From NCBI RefSeq assembly GCF_022539665.2, contig NC_081331.1, forward strand, positions 10,292,001 through 10,356,000: a stretch of 64,000 nucleotides of DNA. Direction: 5' to 3'. The position numbers and the translations under genes are program-made. The DNA comes from Daphnia carinata (Eukaryota). This document shows, piece by piece, positions 24,029 to 36,098 of this stretch (its first letter is position 1; the number at the start of each line of letters is the position of its first letter). The notes beneath the pieces are model-generated. The model did not search any database and was not told where the DNA came from. It saw nothing but the letters and a program-made list of their open reading frames with translations.

Positions 24029-26237
24029 TACCTCAGTATCAGCAGCAGACAACAGATTTTGTCCCTTCACCAACACTTCAATCCCTCCTTAATTATTCAC
24101 TAGTTCCGAACCTTACCTCGAAGAATCATAATAACTGAAATCAATTGCACAGAACAAAACTGAAATCTTTCAAGAAGAATTTTTTCTTTTTTAAATAGCC
24201 CGTTTTGACGACAGGAAAAACTATCCAGTTCAATTTCTTTCTTCCCGTCATAAAAGCCAGCATTTTCTCTTTTGTTGTCCATTTTTTTTTTTTTTTTCGT
24301 CTTCTCTTCAGCGCGATTTTTATTTTTAAAAACTCTTTTGTTTTAATGTGCGGGAATATATTTCGAATATGTTTAATAATATTTTGTGTTGATCAAACGG
24401 CAAACGGTGCGAATATGCAGCAGAGTAAATGCAATGGGATTTTAGCCCCCCGCCCAACGTGTTTGATGTGAACCCGGTGAATTGTTATCGGTTACATTCA
24501 ACATTTGTTTTCGTTTAATTCTTGATGATTCAAAAAGAGGGGGGAGTTTTGGCGCAGAACTTCTTGTTCATTGGGGTTGCTATTAGTTAATCATAATAAT
24601 TATAATAATGTAAATGTACAGAAACGTTGACGACGAGCTTAAAAGAGACAATTGTGCGGGAGATTTGTTTTCATGCCACTATTGTCTTGTTTGTCCCGAA
24701 ACATGCGCCCTGTGCCAAATAACGATCGGGAAATTTAAAGAAAAGGGAGGGGAAAAGTAATTATATTATAACGCAACACTCCGCGATCTGATTGAGATCG
24801 AGGTTTTATATAGCGATACATAATCGACAGAAGAACAGATATACGTGAGCGAATGGCCTTATGTAACTTTCCACGCCGAAAATGTGATCGTTTCTCTTCA
24901 CAACACAAACAGACATCCATTACGAAACTACTTGACCCATTTCTTCTTTTTTTTTTTTTCTTTAAATCACATATCCGCCTGCGCTTAATTCCCGTAGCAA
25001 CACACACACATTGCTCTTCTCAATCCGCCCCGAAAAAAAAAAATTGTTAAACATTCAACTACTTGCAAGACAAAAAAAAAAAAAAAAAAAAAAGAAAACC
25101 AACAAGCAAAAGCCGACGATGTAAACAAATGGCGCGCAGTTCAAAAAACTGTTATGGCATTATTGGTATTTTGAAGAAGAAGAAAAAAAGCTCTCTTGAT
25201 TAATGTGAGGTCGATCTTTGGAAAACAGAGAGAAACATATATGGGGAAGTGACACTTCAAGAAATTTGAAAAGAAAATAATGATGAAGCGTTTCTTAGTG
25301 TGTATTTTGTCTTTTTCTGTGCGTATGTGTGTGTGTGTGTATTGTCTAAAAGAAATTGCGTCTCTCCAATTTGAGTACGAGTCTCTCATTGAAACGTGTC
25401 GAAAAGATTACCTTGCAAAAAAAAAAAAAGCAATACGGATGCGTGTGTGTTTTCATTCGATTTTTGTTTGACTCCTGTTCTTGTCGACGTTCGTTGTAAC
25501 GTTTCATAACACTATTATAAAGCCCAGTGTTTGTATTTTTGATCGCCATGTTCTTGCTGTCTTTTATAATTTTTACTTTATTTTATTTTATGTTTTTTTT
25601 CGTTTTTCTTTCCTTCTCTTCATCTCATTATCTCACATGAAAAATGGTTAAGTGTGTGCGTGTGTGTTTAAATTAAATGCTGTTCGGTGACCCCCTTTTT
25701 TTTTTTTCTTCTTTCGTCTCCCATTCACCCTCCTCGCTTACCCACCAAAACATTTTTATATCTATATATATCCCACAGCTCCTGCCTCCCTCATCTCTCT
25801 TTCATTTTTCTCGAAACGCTATCGTGCCAACACATTCACCTTGATGAATTCTTTATGAGAGATCTGCACCTGACCGTTGTAGTCAAACCGTGTAAAGGGC
25901 AAATCCCTTATTTTTTATGGTTTTATTTCAGTCCTTGAAAAAAAAGAAAAAAAAAGAAAACACACATACACACATAGACAGCACATTTACACGCTAGAGA
26001 AACAAATGCTGATTCAAATAATCCGCTTACCATCGCTCGTTAATTACACGACAGGAAAAAGCAAAACAAAAAAGAATAGGAAAAACAAAACAAAAAATGC
26101 GTTCGTTCAGATGCTTCGTTTGTTATCGAATTCGGTTTATTTGTTGTTGTTTGTTGTTGGTGTGGTTTCCCCTCCCCTCTCTTTTTGTTGTGTTTAATGT
26201 TTAATTACCGCCGAGGGCTCGTTTTTTTACTACCTCA
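24029..26237 (+). promoter_or_regulatory. let-7 target sites in the presumptive abrupt 3' UTR
   Basis: TACCTCA at 24029-24035, TACCTC at 24114-24119 with upstream supplementary pairing, and TACTACCTCA at 26228-26237 (perfect complement of let-7 nt 1-10). abrupt is an established let-7 target in Drosophila. The end of the UTR was not determined. Confidence 0.7.
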
Positions 26238-29200
26238 AAAGCCCAAAATTGGGTTCATAGTTTCAGGATTCTTGTTTTCTTTTTGGTTTTTTTTTTTTTT
26301 TTCCTCAATCTTTCCTTCTTCTTTTTTTTTTTCTTCTTCTCTCATCTTGTCTCGAATTAATTAGCAGTTTTGTTGCACAGCGTATCCCAATTTTGGTTTC
26401 TTTTTCCTGATGTTCTTCATCTCTTCATTCGCCAGTTATCTGACTGCAGTGTATGTTTATTGGGTTTCACACAACGATTTTTTTTTTCTTTCTCCCGTTC
26501 GTCCGTGTCTTCTTTTTATGTTTGCGTTTTTGATTTTTGTTCCCTGCCTTTGTTACCTTTTCTTTTTCTCTCCCCGCAACACTTATTCGAATTTCATTTG
26601 TTGTTTGTGTTCAAGTATTGTTCGCATTTTGTAATTCGGTTCAAAAAATGAATTTCGTTCATCATCCACATCATCATCATCCCTGATGGATAGCATCGAG
26701 GTGCCAAAACGAGCAAAAAGAAAAAAAAGAAGCGTTAGCCTACAAAATGGCGGCGTGTATTGTCAGCAATAGACTTCTCCAATCTTTATACCATTTTGTT
26801 TATTTTCAATTTCTTTATGGTTTTTCTTTATTTTGATTTTCTCAATCGTGAAACTGAAATAGAAATAATATCAAATTGATTTTTTTTGGCATTTTAATTT
26901 TGCAATTTTTACCATCGTCCAATCAACCCCCCCCCCCCCCACCAACCCCATCCCCGAAGGTAAATATTTAAAAGCAAACTTTTTGTTTTAATTAACGGTA
27001 ATTATATCTTTTAGGTCATATTGTGTGTTTTTAACTTGTGGTCAGCTGAACATATGACTGAACTGTGACATTGAGCTTCGTGCGCCATAGATCACGATCC
27101 CATTTTAGAACTGTGACTGCAATGATCCGCTTGCAGTTCAACCGATTCATCCGCTTTACGTCGACACGGGATGTAAAGCGGATAGCATACCCAATAACCT
27201 AGCATACACAACTCAGGTCACATTTCCATTGATACACTCCTCAGGTACCCAATAGCCCCAATGCAATCTCTGAGCCGCTGCGTTCGGAGAATTCGTAAAT
27301 CTCCCGTTACGGCGATCCCACGATCCCAATTCCCTCCGTTACACAAACGGCAATTCACACGCGCAATATTTCTCATAACTCAGAATTCGGATTGCTAACG
27401 AGTGCTTGAATGGTGCGTCATAACGTGATTTTGTTTGTTTGTTTAGTCTTTTGGAAACTTGTTTATTCCATGCCTATGTCGTCAATCACATGTTTTGCTG
27501 TCCCTGATTGTCTTTGAAAAACCTGTTGGGATATATGACGTGAATGACATTCAGTTGAATTTATATTACATTTAAGAATTCTTTTCTCAAATTCACCTGA
27601 CACAAAGTGACGTAAAAACCACACATATTATTAACTTTATTGTATTCTATAGCGGATATCTCACAAAGACACGTCGAAATGGAACCGGGGCAAATAACTG
27701 TAGCCAAATTACGAAAACAGAAGTCATGTGACGATGCGTTGATGTTGTTGTTTGTATTGATTCACATTTTCTTACGTAGACATGAAAATAAAGTAAATAC
27801 CTATGTACTCTTTTTTTTTTCTTTACGTGGTAAGAGATTCAAGTTTGTCCTTTTCGTCGTATTTCGGTAGTAGTATTTATATTTACCGCTAGGTGAAAAA
27901 TAAAATGTTGCTTTTTTTTACTAACAGATGGCGTGTGCAACACTGTTTTCCCACAAATTCATCAGTTCCTCCATTGCCCATGTGCCGGTGGGTGTGTATT
28001 TCAAATGGAGGAATCGGTCAGACGCGAAAGGTCACCTAGGAAGCTGTGCACCTGAATAGAATTAGCAAAATTTACTCGGGTTCGTGTAAATCCGACTCCA
28101 TTCAGAAGGTTTGATCAGTGTGCACAACTGATCTGGATCGAACTCCACTTTGTAACGGCACTTTTCTTTTTTTAATTACGAGGTAAGGAACTAAAGAGTA
28201 AAGACCCCCCACTAACTTTGAGAAACAAAAAAGAATAATAATTGAGTTCGTGACTAGTCAAAATATTACGAACCAAATGCCATGTCATCTACGAATTCTG
28301 TTGTTCATTTGGTTTTTAAGAAATTAAAAAAAAACCATTGGATCTAAAATGTTACATGAATTACGATTCATCATGGATTGTTGGGTTATTGTAAACAATA
28401 TCCAACATGGTGTATGAAAGTTTGTAGTATTCTCGACAGATGGCGTTTTCGTTCAAAACAAAGAAATTCTCTGAAACTGTTATGAGAAAACGGAAAGGTA
28501 CTATAGTCAGTAGCTCCGCGTTGACTTCTTATCGGACAAATGAATGATTTCAATCATCAACAGAGAAGAAAAACCTTTTGACAAGGTCGGAACGAAAGAA
28601 AACAAACAGAAAAAACGCCCTTAATTTAGCACCGGCAATGCGGATGGTAGTGGTTCTCTCAGCTCTAAAACCCCCGGCTGATTGACGAGTATCGACGAAA
28701 TACCGGTATTTCCCTTTTGTTTTGTTTGTTGTTGTCCTCTTGCACATTTGGCCCATGCATTTCCATATCCCTCCTTCTATTTTGCCTCTTTTAAGAGATA
28801 ATAATATATCCAACATTTTCTCCCAATAACACAGAAGAAGGGTGAAGACAGAAGCTTATAGTGGTTGGAGACTTGAAGAAACGAAAACAAAATAAGCCAA
28901 AACTTTAAAAGAGGACGGAGCTTTTTTTTTTTCTTTCTTCATCCTCGTATGGAAGACGTAGTGAACGTGATGTGTACAGAGAAGCGTGTCATATTGCACC
29001 CCGAGAAAGGAAGAGACTAAGGGCGGAATGAAGAGGGGGGCTCGACGTCTCTTCAAGACGTTTCTTGTCGGCGCTGATGTTATTCGGTTAATCTTTTCCT
29101 CTCTGTCGAACGATGAACGCCACGTGTATCTCGTTTCAAACTTACCCTCCCTTTTTTTTTTTCTTTTCTGTGTCTCCAGTCTGTCCATCTAGTGAGGCGG

Positions 29201-32200
29201 GAAATTCGAAATACTATACACTCAATCTAGCGCGGAGATAAAACTTCGCGTTCCTCCCCATTTCTTCCTTAGTTTAACGGATGGACTATGCCGGACTGTC
29301 TCCGAATAATCCACTGAATCATTGATAGCATAAATTTATATAAGACCCCGTTGACGTCTTGGAACACCTTGAAGCATTGAGGGGAGAACTCTGTCGTTCG
29401 TGTCCGCTCGGTGAGAAAGTGACTTTAATACGGTTTCTATTTCCAAGTCAAGAAAGAAGAGGAAGACAACAAGAAGACCACCGTGGGATACTTGCGTATA
29501 GACATAATTTTTTTTTTTTTTTTTTCTTCTTTGCTTTTTAAGTCCGAAAACTTTATTTTCATTTCCTCGTTCCTTGGCTTTTTTTTTTGTCAGTCTTTTA
29601 TATTTATATAATATATTTTTGTTTTTCAGGAAGAAAACGTGTAAGCAAGGCCCGCGGCGGAGCTTAGAAAAGATTGAACGGACGTGAATGGAACCCCCTT
29701 CAAGATTATATAGGCGGCCGTTCTGCGTTCGATTATCAACCAGCGGTACTGATTACCATACGAGTTTTTTTCGAAACGTATCGCGGGAAAAAATCTTTTC
29801 TCCTTCAATCTTTGGAGGGTTAAGGAAATGAAAAAAAGGAGAAAGAATTATCATCATCATCTTTTTTTTTCTTCTTGTTGTATACACGACTCTTCGACCC
29901 TATGTGCTCTGGATGTAATGGACAGCAAACGCAACAGCATGTTTAAGTACTTATGATTCTCTTCTTTTTCCCTAGACTTGCCGAGAATCTTCTCGCATGA
30001 TGCATGAAGATGTCCGACCCGTCGATCTATCCGCTCATCGTTCATGTACGTTCACCCCCGACCGGCTCTTTTACACCCCCATCAAAGGAAGGAGCGCAGC
30101 AGCCGCGCTGAGTATAATAAATATTAAGTTAAAGTGCGCATATACCGACCGTATGTGCACCCCACGTATTCAGACCTACACACAGACTATATGCGCGTTC
30201 ATAATTCACCCCCTCGTTCCCCATTTTCGTGAAGGGATACATCACAACTGATCGCTGAAGAAATCTCTAACTGATGGATGATCATCTCTTAAGTGATGTT
30301 CAATACGCATATAGAAGTTTAGGGCTGTACGGCACAAGATCTCCCGTGCCGTGAAAGTTCCAAACTCCGTCTAGGAAATGTATTCAAATGACGCGGTCCC
30401 TAAAGGTCTTTCTCTCTCTCTCTCTCTCTTGAAATTTATTCTCAAAACAACATTCTTCGAGAGAACTATGGGTGACTATGTGATTTTCTGGGAGGAGGAT
30501 TTTCCAACTTGTAACTTTTGGATAGTTGCTTTCTTTTGTCAACGTGACAACCATTTTAAAACGGACGTTTTCTGAACGGGTGGTAGAACTCGTCGGTGTC
30601 GATATGCTATACGATCCCGCATGCTGTAACATCGACGGGTTATCGTTAAGCACAGAAAAACACGGAACGATCATTTCCTTTTTTTTGGCTAGTGTTTTCG
30701 ACGCGTTCCATGAATTATGTAGCAAAATTATTCATCGCGCATATCCTGCTGAATATTTCAAAAAAAAAAAAGAATTCTCTTATAAACATGCGGGGACTGA
30801 GTTCAAATATTTCGTCTCTTTCTGTTTGTTCCAGCGTGATGGCTGAAAAATTGCGTTGGAATTCGCGGGCCACGTACTTGGCTGTCGTCCCATTTTGCTT
30901 TTGTTGCGAACGTTAGGGAATATAAAGGAGATGTAACAAGAGAAAATCGATAACAATCAATCGCAGGAGCCGCATAGTTTGTCACACAAAAAATGGTCCA
31001 GCGATCAGAATCAATCTAGAATTTTCGTTTCCCTTTGAAAAGGGGATTTTTTTCTTTAAAGGCGATACAAAAATATCGTCTGTGTACTTAGATAGACCCC
31101 GGACATGATGTCTATAAAAAAAAAAAAGGAACAACACACAGGACACACAAGAAAGTTAAGAAGAAATGGCGCTTGAGAGGGGTAACACAATACGGCGGGC
31201 AACAGCAACACGGCAGCACTATATGAGCGCTCCAGCCCCTATGTTTATTGTTGTATGATTTTGAATTCAATCGTGGCCTATTGTCAATTCTCATTCAAGT
31301 TTCTTTTTTTTTTTTATTTCATGTAGGCGGTGACCACCTGGAACCTCTTCGGTCTTTCTAAAGAATAAAACGCGCTACACATTTTTTTTTTGTTCCATGA
31401 TGGGAATATCGTTTTCATTTCTTTCTACCCTTCGCAACAGAGGACACTAAAAAGAACTATGTTACTGCCGTGTAACATGTACAGGACAAAAAATGAAGGA
31501 TTAGGGCGACATTTGAATGATTCTAAACGGTCGACTGAAATGGTAAAATTTTTAATATCTTCGTTTGTTTCTACGTTTCCGGGGTGGGGGGTTTATTTTT
31601 GACTTTTAGTGGAATGCAGAGCACGTCCTTTTTTAAGTTTAAAAAAAAATCCCATTTTCTTCGTAATCGATATAGGGACTCAGCGAGTCCTTTTTTTTCC
31701 TACCGATTAGATAAAGCCGCAACGTCAGTACCGCACAGTTAGCTGTTGATTTAGGTTGTAGATTCAACAGAGAAAAAAGTGATGAGCTCTGCGTTAGTTC
31801 GCTTTTTGAAGAAGGAAAGGCAACACAAAAAGACACCCAAACAAAACAAGACTAAGAAATTTCTTTGATTTCATTTCCCTTTTTTTTTTTTTTGTTTAGT
31901 TCTGGCGGAGGTTTGAAAAATCCACCACACGTCACGACTGTGAAAAAGATTACAGCGTTGCTCGTCCGTGTTGATAAATGCCTACATTCATCCATCACTT
32001 GGCTAGCAGCCGAGAAAAGACAACGAACGTACGACAGCCAAGAATAAGAAAAAACATATATACGAAAAAAAAAGAAGAAATTGAGAGCAGTTTCGAAACA
32101 TCTCGTATAGAAATTCAACAATGAACGCTTTCCTCATCATCGAGTCAAAGCGGTACCTTCAAAAGTGTGTGAGATGTTGACGCCGCCATGATTGAAGGCA

Positions 32201-35200
32201 CCCCGTTCTGAAAGGCCATCATTATAAACTCAGCACAACTCTTCATAAAGAAGATGCCCATTAAGCTCTTAATTTAAATAATGTATTGCTTAACAAGCCG
32301 CAAAAAAGAAAATAGACAAACAGCCTCGACTTAATTTTCTAAAAACTAAAAAAAAATTCGTTCTTTTGTCTATGAAATTACGAATGATGATTACGTATAC
32401 GAGGGGAAAGTCTGGACTATATCAAAAAGTTACAAGTACCCCAATGTATGCCTTTCGCGGATGAGTGCAATATACTGTTGTTGTGGCTCATTGGCTAGCT
32501 GGTTTGTGGTCAGCTGACTAGTGGTAGTGGTGATATACACCCATGGCCCGAGGAAGAATAAGCAAGCCCTCGAGAAAAGAAGAGGGCGCCCCGAGGCACG
32601 ATTTCAGCTTAGGGGGGTTCATACACTTTGGGTGAGCGGGGCGGGGGCCGAAAAAAGCCCGCTAGATGGTCGCCCAGCCTGGGCCAGTGTTGTTCTGGCG
32701 CTCTGCATCGGTGCACGTGTTTCCGTCTATTTCCCGACCAAAAAAAAAAAAGAAGAAAACCGTTTCGTGTCCAAGTGTTTTTGCGTTTGTCTTTCCCAGT
32801 GTACGTGTGTGAGTGTGTACTTATTTTTTTTTGTGTGTGTGTGTACATTTTGTTTCTTGCTGACTTTACCACGAACTCACACACAATTTGGCCACCACAC
32901 AGTAGACTGTAAATTCAATCAGTTGCATTTTCGTCACGCCAATCCAACCACCGGATTTACTCTAGCGAATAAATAGTTGCTATTAAATTATCATTAAAAA
33001 GGAGAAAAAAAGAAAGAGAGGAACTATTCAATGTGCTCACAGCGTGTGTCCAGTGTCGGCGAGAGAAGAAATTGCCAATAAGTGTCCCAACGACCACGCT
33101 AAAAAGGGTGGGAAACACACGCGCCAAAACTTCTCCATGGGTAATAAGCTGTTTTGAAACAACGAATCTCATTTCTCTTTCCTTCAATCTCGTGAAATTC
33201 AACTCTTTCTCATGTTCTCGGTTTGCTTTTATCATTTCTTTTTTTTTTTTTTATGTTTGATTTACGGGTTATCGTGAAGGGTCTTTTGCATATGTCGGTG
33301 GCTCGCTCTCTGTGTGGCCACATGTTGGCTACAACGCGTGTGCGATCCAGACTGAGCTTCTGTCCTAAAGGATTCCCACATTGCGAAAGCTTTCAGTCTG
33401 TTTTTGAAAGCGGATGCACGATCCACCCATCCGCCTTCATCCTCTACTTAACACTCATTTTTTTTTTTTGGGGGGGGGAGGGGGAGGTTTGATGTCTGCA
33501 TTTCCCTCGACAAAGTGTTGTGCACTGTAATCCTCACGTTTGAATAATAACGAACCCGCCTTGCATTGTCGGTGTGCCAAAAAAATCTCATCAGGTGACA
33601 CGGTAGTGATGGTGAAATGCTTCATTAAACACGTCAGCTGATGGAGGTGGGGGGGGGGGGGTTGTTGTTTTGCTAATGGGCTAATTATGTGGCATTTGTT
33701 ATGGTCGTTTCCGGAAAAAAAAAGAGAACTCAAAATCCCGGATTTCCTAAATGCATCACCTCTCCCTGTCGACGAACCATTTTTTTTTTCTTCTTTGCAC
33801 GTATTCAACTTCCTTTTTCTTTTTGCAAAAAAAAAATAGTAGAAGGGGTGGGGGGGGTACCGAAATCCTTTGATTCTTTTGACTTGACACGACCCAAGGT
33901 TCAAAAGACATCAGCTGCTTACGGTTAAAGTCATCCTTTTTTTCGGAATACCTCTGGATGCCGACTGGATAAAGTAAAGCGGATGAATCAATCAACATTT
34001 TTTTTTTCAAGTTTATCTCCCCCCCCCCTCACCATCCCCCCGAAAAAATTTTTTTTTGCCCTCCCCTCCCTGAAATCGGCGCACAACATTCCGAAAGTCC
34101 GCAGAATAATAACCCTGGGTTTCCACATTCCCTGCCCTACGAAAAGGAAACAAGTTTCACCTCTTTCTCTAAGTCCTTCCTTTGTCCTGCGTTGCAAATG
34201 TTAGACTCGTCAATTTTTCTTGTTAAATGGGACGAAATTTACGACTCGGGATTTTCTCCCTATTTTTTTTTTTGTTGTTGTTGTGGGAAAGAAGAAAATA
34301 AATTTTTATTTTAAACTCGGCCAACATTTCATGTACTGCCATAAAAAAAAGAAACTTGACTGACTGCCGGACGACACTAAGCTACTTAAGTCACTACATG
34401 TTTCTTTTTTTTTTTCTTCTTCTTGAAATGGGCCGTTGTCAAAAGATATTTTAAAAAAGGCGCTGCAAAGTGTTTTGTTTAACGTCACCACGTCTTCGGA
34501 AATGTTGTTTTATTGCGAAACATTATCGGGAAGGGGGGGGGGGCTATTTTGCTTCACCCAAAATAGGGTTCTAATTACTTCATTCTCAGTTTATTTAAGA
34601 GTTCATTTTGTTTATTGCGTTTTACTATCGACAACGACACGAAGATCTTAACTTTTTTTTTTAGAAAGAACTGGCATTTTCCAACATTCCCGGATGTTTG
34701 ACTTGCACACACGTCCCTTCTTCCACATATATATATTTTTCTTTCAAACTCTCCCGTTGAAATGGAAACTCTGGACAACCAAAACACACATTTTGGAAAT
34801 TGTAGTCAAATGCGAGAGGAAATCGAGCACGACGTGACATTCCAGTAGAACCCCTGTGGAACGCTAATACGATAACTAGATACACCTTAAAGAAAAAATC
34901 CCGTTTAGACCTATTTTCTTTCCTTGTCTCTGATACGAGAAACCCATGTATCATATGGCACCAGCTCTTTTTATAGCCAAGTGTTGTTGTGTGTGTGTAA
35001 TAAATACTGTACACAACCAGGTGTGCGAGCTAACACATCAGGTGGGATTTAAAAAAAAAAAAGAGGCCTTTAAATGCGGGAATGCGCTTGAATAGTTTGC
35101 CCGTCTGATCGATTATACCTGGTAAGAGACGATTGGAATATAATATCGTGATCGCATCTTTTTTTTTTTCATTTTGTATTCCCCACGTTGCTGAAACCCG

Positions 35201-36008
35201 TTGCTTCTATGGGTCGCCAAAAAAGAAAATGTCTTGTGCTAGTTTTTTTTTCTCGAAATAGAGGGGGAAAAGAAGAAATGGTAGGCCTGATGGGTTGTGG
35301 GTTGTTTTTTCGAAGCCGCCACAAGGGGCGAAGAGGAAACGTCGATGCTTTTGCTGCTTCTCGGCCGCAAGAAAATTAATGATGGAATATAAATCAACCA
35401 AAAAAAAAGGGAGAAAGAAGGTGTACGTATTCATGTATACATGTAGAAGGGAAAAATTTAAAGAGGAAGAGGAATAGACAACATTCTCGACCGACACCCT
35501 CACCCCCGAGAAGACGTAGCTGTATAACAACCCACACACGAACCACCCCATGCTGCGGGTCCCAAACCATAAAAATGCCTTCTTCCACCCCAAAGACATG
35601 CATCTCTTTCACATTCAATACTGATGATTTTTTCTCCCCCTATAGCTATTCATATCTTTTTTTTTTTCTTTCGTTTTTCCTACTGAATCATTTGCTCTTG
35701 CTGCTTCTCTTCCGTATGGACTTTTGCTCGGGATTTTTCTTCTCTCTCTCTTTCTCGAATGGGCATATATATACGTTCATGTTTTGGGACGATGTATTCT
35801 TCTTCTACGACAACGACGTTGATTGTGATGGATCGACCTGATTCTTTGATTTCTATCCCCAGCAGGTTTTTGTTGAAGCTGTTGAGACGATAACGTGGTG
35901 CGCTGGGGGCCCCGTTATTTCCCTTTTTTTTTATAACTCCGATCTTAAACTCCCGGAGAGAAGAGGTCAGCCTACAATTTTTAAAGGGATAACAACAACA
36001 ACAACAAA

Positions 36009-36098
36009 ATGCCTAGCTGCTGGAAATTGGCGTGGTGCTTTTGCAGCGACCCGGGACGTCGGCCGAAAATCAGTTCGCCTGTTCATCTCCTTCTCAAG
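36009..36098 (+). CDS. Tns: Probable first coding exon of tensin (MPSCWKLAWCFCSDPGRRPKISSPVHLLLK)
   Basis: Arthropod-type Kozak context acaacaaaATG. Exactly 30 codons to a consensus donor AAG|gtaagt (phase 0), matching the phase-0 acceptor at 50461. An upstream acceptor ttctatccccagcag lies at about 35865 with no intervening ATG. Confidence 0.75.

Noticed and set aside
27241..27260. TCAGGTACC matching the 5' end of miR-275
   Set aside because: Only 9 nt match, the remainder diverges, and no precursor hairpin is evident.
32489..32523. G:U-rich hairpin with partial likeness to the 3' half of miR-34
   Set aside because: Lacks the GGCAGTG seed, and the stem is too short for a pre-miRNA.
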